The notes: generated by a model from the sequence alone, not told the origin. Positions 26,301-38,939 are shown, numbered from the whole stretch's first letter. The stretch: 63,927 bases of DNA, filler included, from Sluysia triapertura (GCA_046118255.1; 5 parts of 5 records of this genome joined end to end with filler, not necessarily neighbours in it), one strand, 5' to 3'. Numbers and translations are program-made.

Positions 26301-26600
26301 AACAGTATGCCATTTAATTTCATTTTATATCACCTAATCAGGTACATAATTATTTTTATTATTTTTGTATGTATAGAATAAAATTATATTTTTCTGATAC
26401 AATGCTTGATTGGTATCAGAAAAAAAATACAGCACACAAAAAATAAATTTTTACTATTAGAATAGAAATTTAATTTTAATGGTGTTATACTCATTGTTAA
26501 TAATAGTTTGTAAAATATTATTTTATAATTACCAAAAATTTTAATTTGATATAACATTTGTAGTTCGTATAAAAGCCAATTAATAACTTACTCAAAAAAC

Positions 26601-28208
26601 ATGACTTACTTCAACTATATTTTCTTCGGAAAAAACTTTTAGATAATATTTTTAAATTATAAAATAGTTAAAGCCAACTAAACTTCAACAACATGTTACA
26701 CCATTATTACTGAAACATAAAGATGTTATTATTATTATTGGTTTATCTGAAACTGGTAGTGGAAAAACTACTTCCCACTGTATTCCAGTTATTCAACAAT
26801 GTTTAGATAACGATCAACCATTAATGTATGCAATGATTTTGATTCCCACTGTCGAATTAGCAACACAAGTGTATGGTGAATTAATAAAAATGATTAAAGG
26901 GTTAATTCTGAAAATAATGTGTTTAACTGGAGGTATAGATATGACTGATCAATTAATGGAACTTAGTATTTATGATGTTCACATTATAGTAGCAACTCAT
27001 GGTCGAATTCTAATGATGCTTCATCATACAAATCAAATTAACGAAATTTTTTATTATATTCAACATTTGGCAATTGACGATGAAGATAAAATGATGAGTT
27101 ATCAATTAGGTGAAGACATTGATAAAGTTTTACGAATTATATCACCAAAACCAAGCAATAAAGTATAATAAAAATAAATTTAGACAAACGCAAATTTATT
27201 CTGCAACATGTTATGATGAAGTTGAAAAGAAGTACGGATCTTTGTTACATGATCCACAATTTGTTGTTGCCACATCAGAAAGTAATCTTCCAACATAATT
27301 GAAACAATATATTTCGGGTATGATTAATGATGTTAGAGAAAATAATACTTTTAGATTAATATGTGAAACAATGCATTATACTAATAAATCATACCTATCT
27401 AAAGTTTTAGTCTTTGTTGAAGTTTATTCTGTTACATGGTATTATGAATCTATTATAAATAAAATGAATATTAAAGACATTTCGGCAGTATGCTCGAAGC
27501 CACGAATGCTTATCTAAAGCAAAAAGAAAACGTGAATCTTTCCAAATCAAGTAATGCATGTGTCATATTTACCAGTAGAGGATTAGATTTCGACGATATT
27601 GTTATGGTTGTCAACCTCAATGTTCCAAAAAAATGTTGATGCTTATCGTCATAGAGTTAGTCGAACTGTACGAGCTGTTAAAGCAGATTATGCTACTACT
27701 TTCGTATTTATTGAAATTGAAAAGTATTTTGTTGCGATGGAAAAGAAAATTGCACTGACAGTAAGACATTGATTTGTCAATCAGTATTAATAATCTCAAT
27801 ACTCTACGATCTAAAATTCCAAATAAGAATTCCAAACCCGGACATCACAAATCATTACATGTTTTAAATCTCAATAAACATTATAAGGCAGCGTTATGCC
27901 CATATATGATAACTCAATCTGGCAAATGTCAAAGGCACACTACAAAATGTAATTACTTTCACTTCGTCAGTGAGCTTGAAGAACTAGAAATTAATTAGAC
28001 ACTTATCAGCATGCATCTTGACAGAATAAATGGCTTATTGGCGTCTATAGATATTTTTACTCCAGTACAGTATCAATCTGTAAAAGAATTCAAAGCATCC
28101 ACCAACAATTTCACAAAAATACAGTTGGATGAACTTATACCTGATGAAATTAAAGTAAATAATAAATATAATTATAATGGTCGAGAAGAAAACATATTCA
28201 AAAATTGA
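26601..28208 (+). pseudogene. Intronless DEAD-box RNA helicase fused to a C-terminal CCCH zinc finger (copy 4), frameshifted
   Basis: Motifs in order: Q motif KPTKLQ, I SETGSGKT, Ia PTVELA, GG, Ib ATHGRI, II DDED, III RQTQIYSAT, IV VLVFV, V SRGLDF..IVMVVN, VI YRHRVSRTVRA. These are followed by YKAALC-x9-C-x6-C-x3-H. Several frameshifts and in-frame stops (27298, 27998). Confidence 0.92.
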
Positions 28209-30599
28209 TAAACATTAATATTTTTAGTTTGATTAACATAAATAAAATTAGGTTTTCGCGTTTTTTTAATCTAATTCAATTAATTTAAAATTCATATTTT
28301 TCAATAAAGTAAATTCAAAAATTATTTTTTTTACATTAAACAGTTTCTAATAAATAACAATGTATACAACCATTAAAGCATCACAATCATATCTTGTACT
28401 ATTATTACTATACAGATTTACTATACCATCAAGTTACATTATAAAATTAAAAAATAAACTTTTTCATCTATACTAAGAATATATTTAAATAAAGAATTGA
28501 CTTTTATTGTTAAACATTAAAAAATATTTGTCGTTTAGCAGAAATGTTTCTTCAACATTTTCAATAAATATAATTTTGAATTCATGAACTGTCATTGCGA
28601 ACCACGCTCTAAAAATAACTGATTTAGATTATCTTTCAAACCACCATTTACCTGGTCATTTTCAAATATATTTGGTTCCGTTTCATGTACACTTCAAACT
28701 ACTTCTATACATAACAGTCAAAACATTTAGAATCCCTGAGCAAACTAAATGCAATAAATGCATTTATGGTAAGAGAATTTACTTTAATATTTATCTTTTA
28801 GCTCCAAATATCTCTATTATGCGTATTTATGGAGTTATCTATGGAACGTTAGTTAATAATACCATTTCTTCATTTATAAAATAATTATGTAGAGAAAAGT
28901 CATGTAGAATAAAATCCATAACAATAGGTGAGAAAAAAATCCATGAACTAACATTGCACACAGTAGTGGCCAATGAATTACATATTGATGATGATGATGA
29001 TGATTATGATTATTATAGATAATCCTTTTTAGAGTTTGAAAAATAAAATATTGGTAAATGTTATAATCGTTAAATCATTTCTTGTTAAATATTAATCCAA
29101 TCTCATTACACCATATTTATTTCCACAATACACTTCTATCGTATTTTTTCATAAAATAAAAATGTACCTCATTAGTTACAGTTACTGTAGGAAATCACCA
29201 CTTCTCAGGTGAATACAAACTAAGTCACATATTAATCCATTTCAAATTTGGTAGGGGATTAATTTAATGTTGTGCCTGATAATTCGTTGAAGTGAAGTTT
29301 CTTAAATGCTCATTTCATAAAATTGAAGACCCAATGATTCAGTCACATATCTTGTCATTCTGATTTAAATTTGTCTTATTCAGATTTTTTTTACTGAATT
29401 TATTATAATTTTAAAATAAATACTAAACACTTTTGTATTCCACAATTAATCTTGATTCAAATTAAGATATATTTGAGAGCAATCCCTAGTACTCAGACAT
29501 GATAAATGAAAATTCTCTTCGATTATTTCCGAATTTAAATAATTTTCAAACATCTCATATCTTACTTATTATTAATTGCAATTTTTATTAATGTTTCGAT
29601 GAATATGAGGAAAATTAGTTTTTGCCAAATAGTTATCAATCGATATATTTTCTATGTATAAAAAGAATTTAATATGAACTAATTAATGAATAAAAATTCA
29701 ATGACTTTAAGGAAAAATTAAGAAATTGACAATTTCAGATGTGGAAACTCTAGCGTTCAGTGCGTAAAATTAAATGTAAAATTGTAGTAAGCTAATCTAT
29801 TGTTTATTATTGGCTCCACAATTAGATATTAAAAAGCTAAAAAATAGTATACCAGTAAATAACGTACACCACGTAACATGTAGAAAGTGTTTAAACAGCT
29901 TTTTTGATTTAAATGAACACAAGGATCAGGAAGTAATGAAAGTGTTAAATTAAGTATCAAAACTCAAGAAGTTTCAATTTTGAACAAATAAAGTAAATTA
30001 AACATTTGGGATTTTACTTTATATTGTTTAAATGTGTTTTAATGTTGCGTTTTCAATGGCATATATATTTTTCATTGCTAAAATAATTAACACATTTTAA
30101 TCAAAATAATTTGAAAGTCTTATTTTAATATTTTATTGCCTGTCCGCATAAGTTTATAAAATTACAATCTTCAAAATCATTTCACAAAAATTAAATTCTA
30201 ACATTAAAATAAATTTGATAAGTAGTACGTTTACGTTTTCAACAATTGATTATAAACTAAGATATATATAAGATTTGAATATAAAATCGTGTCTTCTTTG
30301 ATTATGCGCAAATAACCGCAACTTTAGAAAATGTAATGGTTTGTAATCATGAATCTTAACTGATACAAAATTATACAGCTTAAAGAAAGTATTAAAAATT
30401 GAAAATATTAAATTGTATTGAAAAAATGCAAGTAAATCTATACAAAATAAATGCAAATTAAAAACTGTATGATAGATAAATTCATTAATTTTATTGTTTC
30501 GTAAATAATTCAGAGCAATATAAATCGTGTAAATATTAAAATAGATTATACAATATTAAAAAACTAATTAAAAACAAAAATAACCTATAGCATTATGTT

Positions 30600-31400
30600 C
30601 TATTTTGTCTTTTTGAGCATCATTTTTTTGTGATCTAAAGAATTAATTTTAGAAAAAAAATAAAATAACTTGTATTTAGTAATGAGAGAAAAATAAGAAG
30701 TATCACTGATATCAATTTTGGATTGATATTCTTTTAACCTATCATCAAATTCATCGGTATTTTCGTTACCATTTTGCAAAGAATCACTTTGTGATTTAGT
30801 TAAATGACACAGCTGCTTTTTGTTTGGTATATATTCAGCTGTCTTAATTTTTTCTAAAATGAATTTATAAAATGAATTTAAGGGGTGATCATAATTAAGA
30901 AAAACAAATTGATCTGACGAAGACTGCTTTGTTTTCAAATATATTTCCATTTGACTTCCTTCTTTTGATATAAATAATGCTGTCTTTTCTATTTTTGCAG
31001 CCTCTTTTTCAGTTTTAGGTAATTTTATATCTGACGGAATAGCTAAATTTGTTGGACATTCATAAGGTATTTCATCATCTTCACTAGAATAAATTTTTAG
31101 ATTTTCTTCAGATTCTGGAGACGTATCAACAGGTGAAATGCTACTATACACATATGAAACAGCTGAATAAGTACCTTCCCATTGACGTTCCAATGAAGTC
31201 GAAATTTCTTCACAATCAAGTTTTGCTTCTTCAGCCTCTTCGTCCTGTGGTACAGCAATTTCTATACCATCTTCATGATTATGAATTTCATTCTGATCGT
31301 TCCTCCAAGGTACTAATGCCTCAGATTGAATTGTTTCATCAGAAATTGGATGTAAAATACACTTTGATCCTGTAGCGACTAATTTCATTTTTACAGACAT
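30600..31400 (-). CDS. SFSWAP: Splicing factor suppressor of white-apricot homolog, 5' part (degenerate DRY_EERY region and first SURP domain)
   Basis: GTYSAVSYVY, PTNLAIPSDIKLPKTEK and IEKTALFISKEGSQMEIYLKTKQSSSDQFVFLNYDHPLNSFYKFI match the SWAP SURP1 pattern. A 35-nt intron at 30669-30635 and a further donor near 30584 are likely. I could not find downstream exons. Confidence 0.85.
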   Translation of the reverse strand: MSVKMKLVATGSKCILHPISDETIQSEALVPWRNDQNEIHNHEDGIEIAVPQDEEAEEAKLDCEEISTSLERQWEGTYSAVSYVYSSISPVDTSPESEENLKIYSSEDDEIPYECPTNLAIPSDIKLPKTEKEAAKIEKTALFISKEGSQMEIYLKTKQSSSDQFVFLNYDHPLNSFYKFILEKIKTAEYIPNKKQLCHLTKSQSDSLQNGNENTDEFDDRLKEYQSKIDISDTSYFSLITKYKLFYFFSKINSLDHKKMMLKKTK

Positions 31401-31462
31401 TAAGATTTACTTTTCATTTAATATTTCAATAATAATCGATTTCTTTAATTTTGCCAAGGTTA

Positions 31463-31624
31463 TTAATTTATATTAATTATTTTTATATTTTCAGATTTTT
31501 CTCTATCAAACGCTCGAATACTGAACAGATTACCATTAACAATATCAACTGTGAAGTTATTTTTGTATTCTTTTTCAATTTCATACATTAATTGAGCTGT
31601 TGCATCTTTATCGGTAGCTCTAAC
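31463..31624 (-). CDS. Protocadherin downstream exon (rest of EC5) ending in a stop; not in the ORF track
   Basis: CATAG acceptor at 31625, in phase 0 with the donor at 37297. The spliced protein reads IIIPEDFPKDSSLIQ|VRATDKDATAQLMYEI...FTVDIVNGNLFSIRAFDREKSENIKIININ*. Confidence 0.85.
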   Translation of the reverse strand, partial: VRATDKDATAQLMYEIEKEYKNNFTVDIVNGNLFSIRAFDREKSENIKIININ

Positions 31625-32458
31625 CTATGAAAACATTTCAAATATTATTCACTCATATTATTTAACATTAAGTATTTTGTTAAAATTCAAATTAAATTCA
31701 AAATTATGTTTTATGTGCTCTAATATCAAATACCTAAATCTAAAAATTAATACAGTCTTGAAAAGTTTTATAACAAAATAATGCAAAAGACAAAATCGTT
31801 ATCTAAAATGTGTAGTATGTACTTATCTATGTTTTCAGTAATGATGATTCATGAACCCTTGTTTGAGATATATGAAATAAATATTAAAAATAAGTTTAAA
31901 ACTTTGATATTACATTTATTAGATGTAGATTATTAAAATAGATTCTTCAATTTTATGACTGTTTAAAAATATATGTATACATATATTGTGGATGGTATTA
32001 TATTATTTTTTACTTGACACGTTGTATCATTTTGGTACATAAGACATTAAATGGGTGTTTTTAATGCACGCAGAAAATTTATTATTATTATTTATAGTAA
32101 AACTATAATTATAAAAGTAATAAGAATACTCTTTATTGATCTTAAAAACATAAAAAGAAGGTGTAGCAAGTCTTAGTACATATACCACTTTTGAATATAG
32201 ACAAATAGAGAATTCATTTATTGCGATAAATTTACTACTTGCACTGTCCAAGAATAAAATTGTACGTTTTCTAACTGCATTTCTCGGGATGGACGCCTTG
32301 AACATGTTTCCAACAATTATCAGCATTGATCGATAAGTAGCCAAGCCAAAGTTATGGTACAAGATGAAGAATTGACAATTGACCATGGCTGTTCGTAGCG
32401 TAATGTGGGGATTTTAAAAGTAAATAAGATCCTTATAGAATAAAGTAGAATTTTAGCA

Positions 32459-32522
32459 TGAGTCCACCAACATACTAGGCTTACCAGTTAGGGCTAGCCG
32501 TTGGATTTATAGAGAAAAGATT
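32459..32522 (-). repeat. Conserved hairpin core, inverted copy of 61281-61344
   Basis: Reverse complement AATCCAACGGCTAGCCCTAACTGGTAAGCCTAGTATGTTGGTGGACTCA versus AATCCAACGGCTGGCCCTAACAGGTAAGCCCAGTACGTTGGTGGACTCA. Confidence 0.85.
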
Positions 32523-35500
32523 TGTTAAGTAAAGGTGGAATAACTTCCTCAAGTGTAAATTTAATAGGATGCTCCTACTTTAATAATTTTGCTACTATTT
32601 TCAGAACTTAAATGCTTATAGCCTAATCTGCTAATTTCTGGATGTATTTTAATAAATGGGAGCCAATACAAGCTGTAAATAATATTTTAACAAGGTTTAT
32701 AAACGACTGGAATTTAATATTTTGTTAACTAAAAGCTAATATTCTTAGAAGTAGTTTACGAAGATCCTATGAAAAGGATCTGTATAAGTAATTTTACGTT
32801 ATTAGAATTAAATTCTAATAGGAGAAATCTCTGCTTTAGTTTGGATTTTATATTTGAAATCATAAAAGTTATCGTCAATTAAAATTAATAACTCAGTTTT
32901 AATAATCTATTAACAAAAATTACAATGCTTACAAAGGATATTATATGTAAGAATAAAAATCTACGTAATTAACTATTATCGAGTTAATTATTTAAATAAT
33001 AAATTTAATTGAATTTTGCACAAGAACCTATAAATGGTTCTTTACAAAAATAAATTCAAGTATTTTTAGATACCTTTCAGGTATCTAAGCCTTAACAAAA
33101 TAAACTAACTCAGAATTATTTCGAAAAGAAAAACTATTGCAATCCAGCCAAGAATAAATGTCTACTGTTAAAAACAATGTGTTAAAAATTATGCTAACAA
33201 ACAATTGTGTTTTTGTTGTTGAATTTTACGACTATTTATAATTAATCTAATTGGCCTTGGCCAGATTAAAACAAAATATTTATTATCAAAATAATTTCAA
33301 AGATATTTAAATTTAATATTAGAACTTACCTACATTAGTTTTTTCAATTAAAAAATATTTAATTTAATTACAAAATATTTAATAAAATATTAAAATTTAT
33401 TTACATTTTATTTAAATTCAAAGATTTACATAAAAATAAATTATGAACAAAAATCGATAAAATTACAAATCATTAAAATTTGTATCAATCCAAACAATGT
33501 TATTAACCAATAAAATTATAGTTAAAAACGAAAAGGTGTGTCAATCAATACAACAACCATTATTTTATCGAATCGATGTGTCTTAAATCATAAATCAATG
33601 TTCAAATCACATTTTAACGTGTTACTTACAGTAGACATGACCACGGCACCAGTTGATAAAACAAATTTGCACCTGGTCCAAAAGGTAATGTTACGTGAGA
33701 ATAAGGCATAGATTTTATCACATAATCAGAAACTGAATAATTAATCTCATGTTGCAGAAACGGGTTCATCACCGAACCGGGGTCTGAACCACAAGACGAT
33801 GCAGTATATAAAAATGAATTTTATACATTCTTATTACATTATAAGAAACGAAACAAATCATGTCGTTTTTTAGTAATCGTTTTTTACCGTGTCTGATCCG
33901 AATCATTGTATAACATTATAAACTTTATATAAAATTATAAACTTTATCACATCATCGTAATTTAAGTAAATCATTTTCATTTTCAAATTACATGTTGATA
34001 AGTGTGACAGCCGACATTTCACAATCATTTGTAAAAACAGAACATTTTCATTTTCAAATTCGTTTTTATCGTACTGGCGTATCTTAAACTTTTCGTTGTC
34101 TGATTTTCAAAAAATGTTGAATTTTTGTTTTTCGTACGTAGGTCAATGCTTTGACCTATATTTGTGCGTTAAAACAAAAAAGTGAAACATAAGGATTTTA
34201 TGAAAAATCATAAAAATGCAAATTTACAAAAATATATAAGTAATAAAATATTAAATGTTAATGAAATAAAATTTAGCCTTATTAGACAACTATGAGTTTA
34301 AGGTTTATGATCTTGTTATCATTGAAATATGATCTTGCAAGTGTGGTGAATAATGTAGTATTATGTGATGATGTAAGACATGTGACAATGTATTTTTCGT
34401 GTTAAGGTTTGCGTATAGATGTTTGCTATTATTTATGTGACGTGTACGAAGTAGTCGGCTGAACCACAACGCATAGTATCCAAAAGCTTAGGTTATATTG
34501 GTCTCAGAGCCATTTGTATTATTATCACTATTTCAAATTTATGAAAGTTAAGCCTTTTTCTACTGAAATGATCAGTCTCCATCAATTTCAAAACTCAAAA
34601 TAGACTATAATACAATTATAACGTCAATTTTGAGCTATAAAATTATTACTCAAGATATCAGTCACGCCTAAGTATTACGAAAATTTGTATTCTATGAGCT
34701 TGTTTTCTGGGAGTAAACTTTTCGGATATAATTCATACATCGCCTAAGAAACGCAATTTATCTCATTCATTTTATTGGTTCATACCTTCCTTTAATATAT
34801 TTTAAAATCTTTTATAAAAATTATGAATTTTGTTATTCTCAACTACGTTTTTCTATCAATAATGTCTTTATATTAATAACTTCATAATATTTACAAATTA
34901 TTTATTTTTCAGTAAATATAGGTTTTGCCAGACTCAAAACATTTTAAAAATATTAAAGATTAAGACTTTACTCTTGGCTTAATTTTAGTGCCACAGACAC
35001 GTGTCCCATCAATTCGCCCTTCAATTTAGCCCTATCTATTTATAATTTTGCTGTTAAAAGTAAAGGAAATTGATTGTAATTCATTTATTTTCAAATACTA
35101 ATATAAGCCATTTCATTTCCATTTCTATCTCAATTGAATCGGTATGAAAAGTATAAAATTAGTGCGTCTATTGATTTGTTTTAAAATATTTCAATTATTA
35201 GTAAGACAAAGATCTTTTATAATTGAGTACAAATTAAAATGAAAGTAATGTTGTTTATGTAAAAATCAAATAAAAATCAAATAAACAGTAATTAAAGACA
35301 GAAAAGAACTTGTTACTTTTGTCGGATAATTTCGGTCACATGATAAAAACCTCCGGGAATGACTAAAAGATAATTACGATTAGATATAATTTACTTTAAA
35401 CATTCACCCGAGTCCCATTCCAGTTCGCTAATACGACAGATTGTGCATTAAATGAGTCGAAGCAGTTGTTTCTTGCAAAATGAATCGATCCGAAGAAATA

Positions 35501-37043
35501 GACTTAATTTGAAATACAAAAACATTAGATTCATTCTTTCCAAGGAAACAAGAATATAGATTCAAATTCTAAAGAAATTTATATTCAAAATACTTCATAG
35601 ATTCGACAAATGACATACAACGTCTTATTGGAAAGTTGATGGATGAGGTAAATTGACCATATTAAAGAAAATAATCAAGCTAAATAAAGATAATACTTGT
35701 AAATTTATGTTCGTTGATAATGTGTAAATGTGCAAAATGAGTTGTAAATAAAAAATAATAATAAATAATGTTAGCGTTTCATTACTAGGAAACCGTAAGG
35801 TTTATACATATTGGAGACGATGAATTGGAAAGATTAAAGATGGAGATGAATGGCAAACGAGAAGTGAGTAATTTATCAAATGAAATCATCGATATCATCA
35901 TAATCATTACATTTATATGAAACTGTTTATGGTACAGAAACAAAATAGTATAACCTAAAATCACATTTGCATTCATAAATTATTTATTTTTCAAAATTTA
36001 GTTTATTTCATGTATCGTAAGTCCTTAAAACATTAAAATTAAAGTATTTGATCAATTATTATAATTTTGAAAAATGAAAAAAAATGATGAAATTTTTATT
36101 AAAATTTCGTTAATATTATAATTAAGTAAATTTCACTAATTTTTTAGGTTTAATTTTAAAAGTATGTTTTTTAATTACTTTGTAATATAATTCAAATAAA
36201 ATCTAAAAATTATTATAATAATGATAATAACAATAATAATAATAAAAATTTTAATAACAAACAATGAAGCCAATATGGTTGAATAAAAATATTTAATAAT
36301 TGATTTATTTATTTATCGCAAAATAATTTTAATATTTAAACATTTTGTTTGTTTATTAAAAAGTACATTTTGGAAATTAAGTGAATATCAATTGAGTATG
36401 TTAAATTTTTAGCGATAAGTTGCATGCCACAAATGAACCAAACCTTTAAAGTAAAGGTTAATTTGCCTGAAAATATTACACCAAGTCTATTTCGTTTCAT
36501 CGATGAATTATTAATAAGAACTGAACCACATTATGGTCACGAATTCAACAAACATTTATCCAGGCAAATTAAACGTTAATCTCTTATTTTTTTATGTGGC
36601 ACTATTCAAACAACTGTCAAGGCTACAGTCTATTATGTTTACGCACAACAATTTTACGAAAATTTTCTATTCGACACATCATTTTTTGAGGTAATCAAAT
36701 GTAAACTAAGTTTTTATTTAATTATTTTAATTTTTACTGGCACTATTGGTATAAACCAAATTATGATCATAATAAGATGCGAATTAGATTATATGGAAAG
36801 TAAATTAGCTAAGCATAAAGCTGATGTCAGCGTATTACGAGGACCATTAATAAGTCAATAAATCGGAAAAATCGACAATATTACGTTGTTTCATCGAAAT
36901 TTTTTCAAGTACGGAAGAGAAACTATGCATACCGAATCAAAACATTGTTATATATTCCGTGATCCTGCTTCGGTTTTTAAATTTAAAAACGTTTTTATTT
37001 TATTTGTATAAATATGCATACGCATTCCTTTTTTGAAAGTAAG

Positions 37044-37095
37044 TGTTAGATTTTATAAAATAGAATGACCGGGAATCGAACCCTGACCCTCTCGC
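37044..37095 (-). mobile_element. 5'-truncated copy of the tRNA-derived SINE-like repeat
   Basis: Reverse complement GGGTTCGATTCCCGGTCATTCTATTTTATAAAATCTAACA matches GGGTTCGATCCCCGGTCAGTCCATTTTATGAAGTCTAACA at 44608-44647, including the non-tRNA tail. Confidence 0.7.
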
Positions 37096-37297
37096 TATTA
37101 CTATTTTGTCCCAGAAAACAAACAAATTTGTTCGTCCATGTAAAGAAAATATAATCGAAAATGTTAACTGCGAAGTTATATATGCAGATTATAAAAAAAT
37201 TAGTTGCTTCTGATTATTTAATTACTTATTAAACTCACTAGATAATTATTTCTGAAAATATTTTAGGGTTTAAATTTTAATATACTGAATTATTAAC

Positions 37298-38739
37298 CTG
37301 TATTAAACTAGAATCTTTAGGAAAATCTTCTGGTATAATTATTGAATAAGTTTCTGACTCAAATTCTGGCTTGAATTCATTAATATCTTGAATTTGTATA
37401 GTAATTTCTTCTTCAGAATTTAAGCTTTTTTCTCCATTATCTGAACAATTTATTCTAACTTTAAAATGACTGTCTTTTTCTCTGTCAAAAACGCGTTTTG
37501 GTTTTAACATATAAATATCACTTTTTTTAACTCTTTTTGAGCGTTCTAAAACAAAATTCTCACTACCCAAACTTATACTACAATTAACTTCACCATTGCG
37601 TCCAATATCACCATCAGATACTAAAATTATTGCACAATATGGCGAATTATTTAAAGCATTTTCTTTCAAAATGAATTCCTTTTGTTTTTACCTAATGAAT
37701 TTATATTAATAACTGGTCTTTGATCATTAATATCGATTATATGAATATAAACAGTTGTGTAGCCCATTTTAGGTACATTTCCACCGTCATAGGCTTCAAT
37801 ATTTAATGAGAAATCTTGAGGTACAATTTTACAATTCAATGATCGTTGTAATTTGATCTCGCCCGTATAACTACTAATATAAAAATAAGATAATAGCGTT
37901 TGGTCTTGGATTTGTCCAAATCTATATCGCACTTGACCTAATAAACCAGAATCAGCATCAACTGCAGTAACATTGTCAATGATTTCACCAACCAAAGTGT
38001 CCTCTTTTATAACTACTTCGTATTCTCGCTGTAAAAATATAGGTTTATTATCGTTTACATCACGAATAAGTACTGTCAAATCTTGAGTACCACACAATTT
38101 CGGTGTACCACAGTCACACGCTACTAATTTCGTTTTATATTCATTTTGTTTTTCGTAGTCTAATTCCTTTTTTACAATTAAATAGAGTAAATTGGAAAAT
38201 AAAACGGTAAACGTATCATTATAAGATTGTAAAGAATAATTACATATATTATTAGGTTCTACATCATTATCTGAAGCTGTATTTAGTGAAATTCTGTAAC
38301 CAATTTGAGCAGCTTCGTTAATATAAACTTGATAATGAGTTTCGGTAAATTTGGGTACATTATCATTGACATCTTGTATTGTTATAATAACATTAATCCA
38401 GAATTCCTTCGGGACGAAAACTGTTAATTCCACTTGACACTGATCAAGTGCAGAAAAACTTGTTGGACAAATGGTTTCACGATCAATTCTTTGTGCAATT
38501 TTTAAAGTACCGTTATTAAAATCCAAATGAAAAAACCGTAAGTTTTTGCTTTCATCATAAATGGAAAATGTAGAATTTGATTGTAAACGATTTAAATATG
38601 AATCAATGTTTAAATTGCCGATAAAACTACCTATTTCACTTTCTTCTTTAATTGCATATTGTACTGTTTTCTTTACTTCGATTTTACAAAAGGTGGACTT
38701 GTAAAAATTAATATGAACAAAAACTAATAGTAGTAGCAT
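37298..38739 (-). CDS. Protocadherin large first exon (signal peptide, EC1-EC4 and start of EC5), with a frame break at 37663-37691
   Basis: Hydrophobic N-terminus, protocadherin-type EC1 (EESEIGSFIGNL...IDRETIC.x9.C) and calcium linkers DVNDNVP, DVNDNKP, DINDQRP and DINEFKP. LDYE/FDRE and A.DGG.P motifs are present. Donor CAG|GTTAAT at 37297. Confidence 0.95.
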
Positions 38740-38885
38740 AAAGTGCGATAAAAATAAGTAAAACAGTTTCGGGTTAATAAAAGTGGATTTTGAGTTTAAA
38801 TTATTAATATTGAGAAAGTGAAATTAAATTATTTGAACCAATAGGAAAATTCTGCATATTCTGTAATCATTGAATTACCTATGTA

Positions 38886-38886
<1 letters not shown>

Positions 38887-38939
<53 letters not shown>
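38887..38939. repeat. (ATT)n microsatellite at a contig end
   Basis: Perfect trinucleotide run up to the N linker. Confidence 0.95.

Noticed and set aside
27163-27183. Possible 21-nt GT-AG intron in the DEAD-box copy
   Set aside because: Removing it does not bring motif III (SAT) into frame; a frameshift is still required.
28672-28884. Plus-strand ORF with an in-frame 33-nt GTAAG...TTTAG intron
   Set aside because: It could be a small gene, but I recognise no domain and no convincing start, so it is not supportable.
28960-28975. AGTAGTGGCCAAT as the far end of the helicase cassette
   Set aside because: It is in the wrong orientation for a closing inverted end, lacks TGT, and has no arm sequence.
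31803-31836. U2 snRNA-like words (GTGTAGTAT here; TCAAGTGTAGT at 50500)
   Set aside because: The matches are only 9-11 nt, with no stem-loop I or Sm site, so chance is likely.
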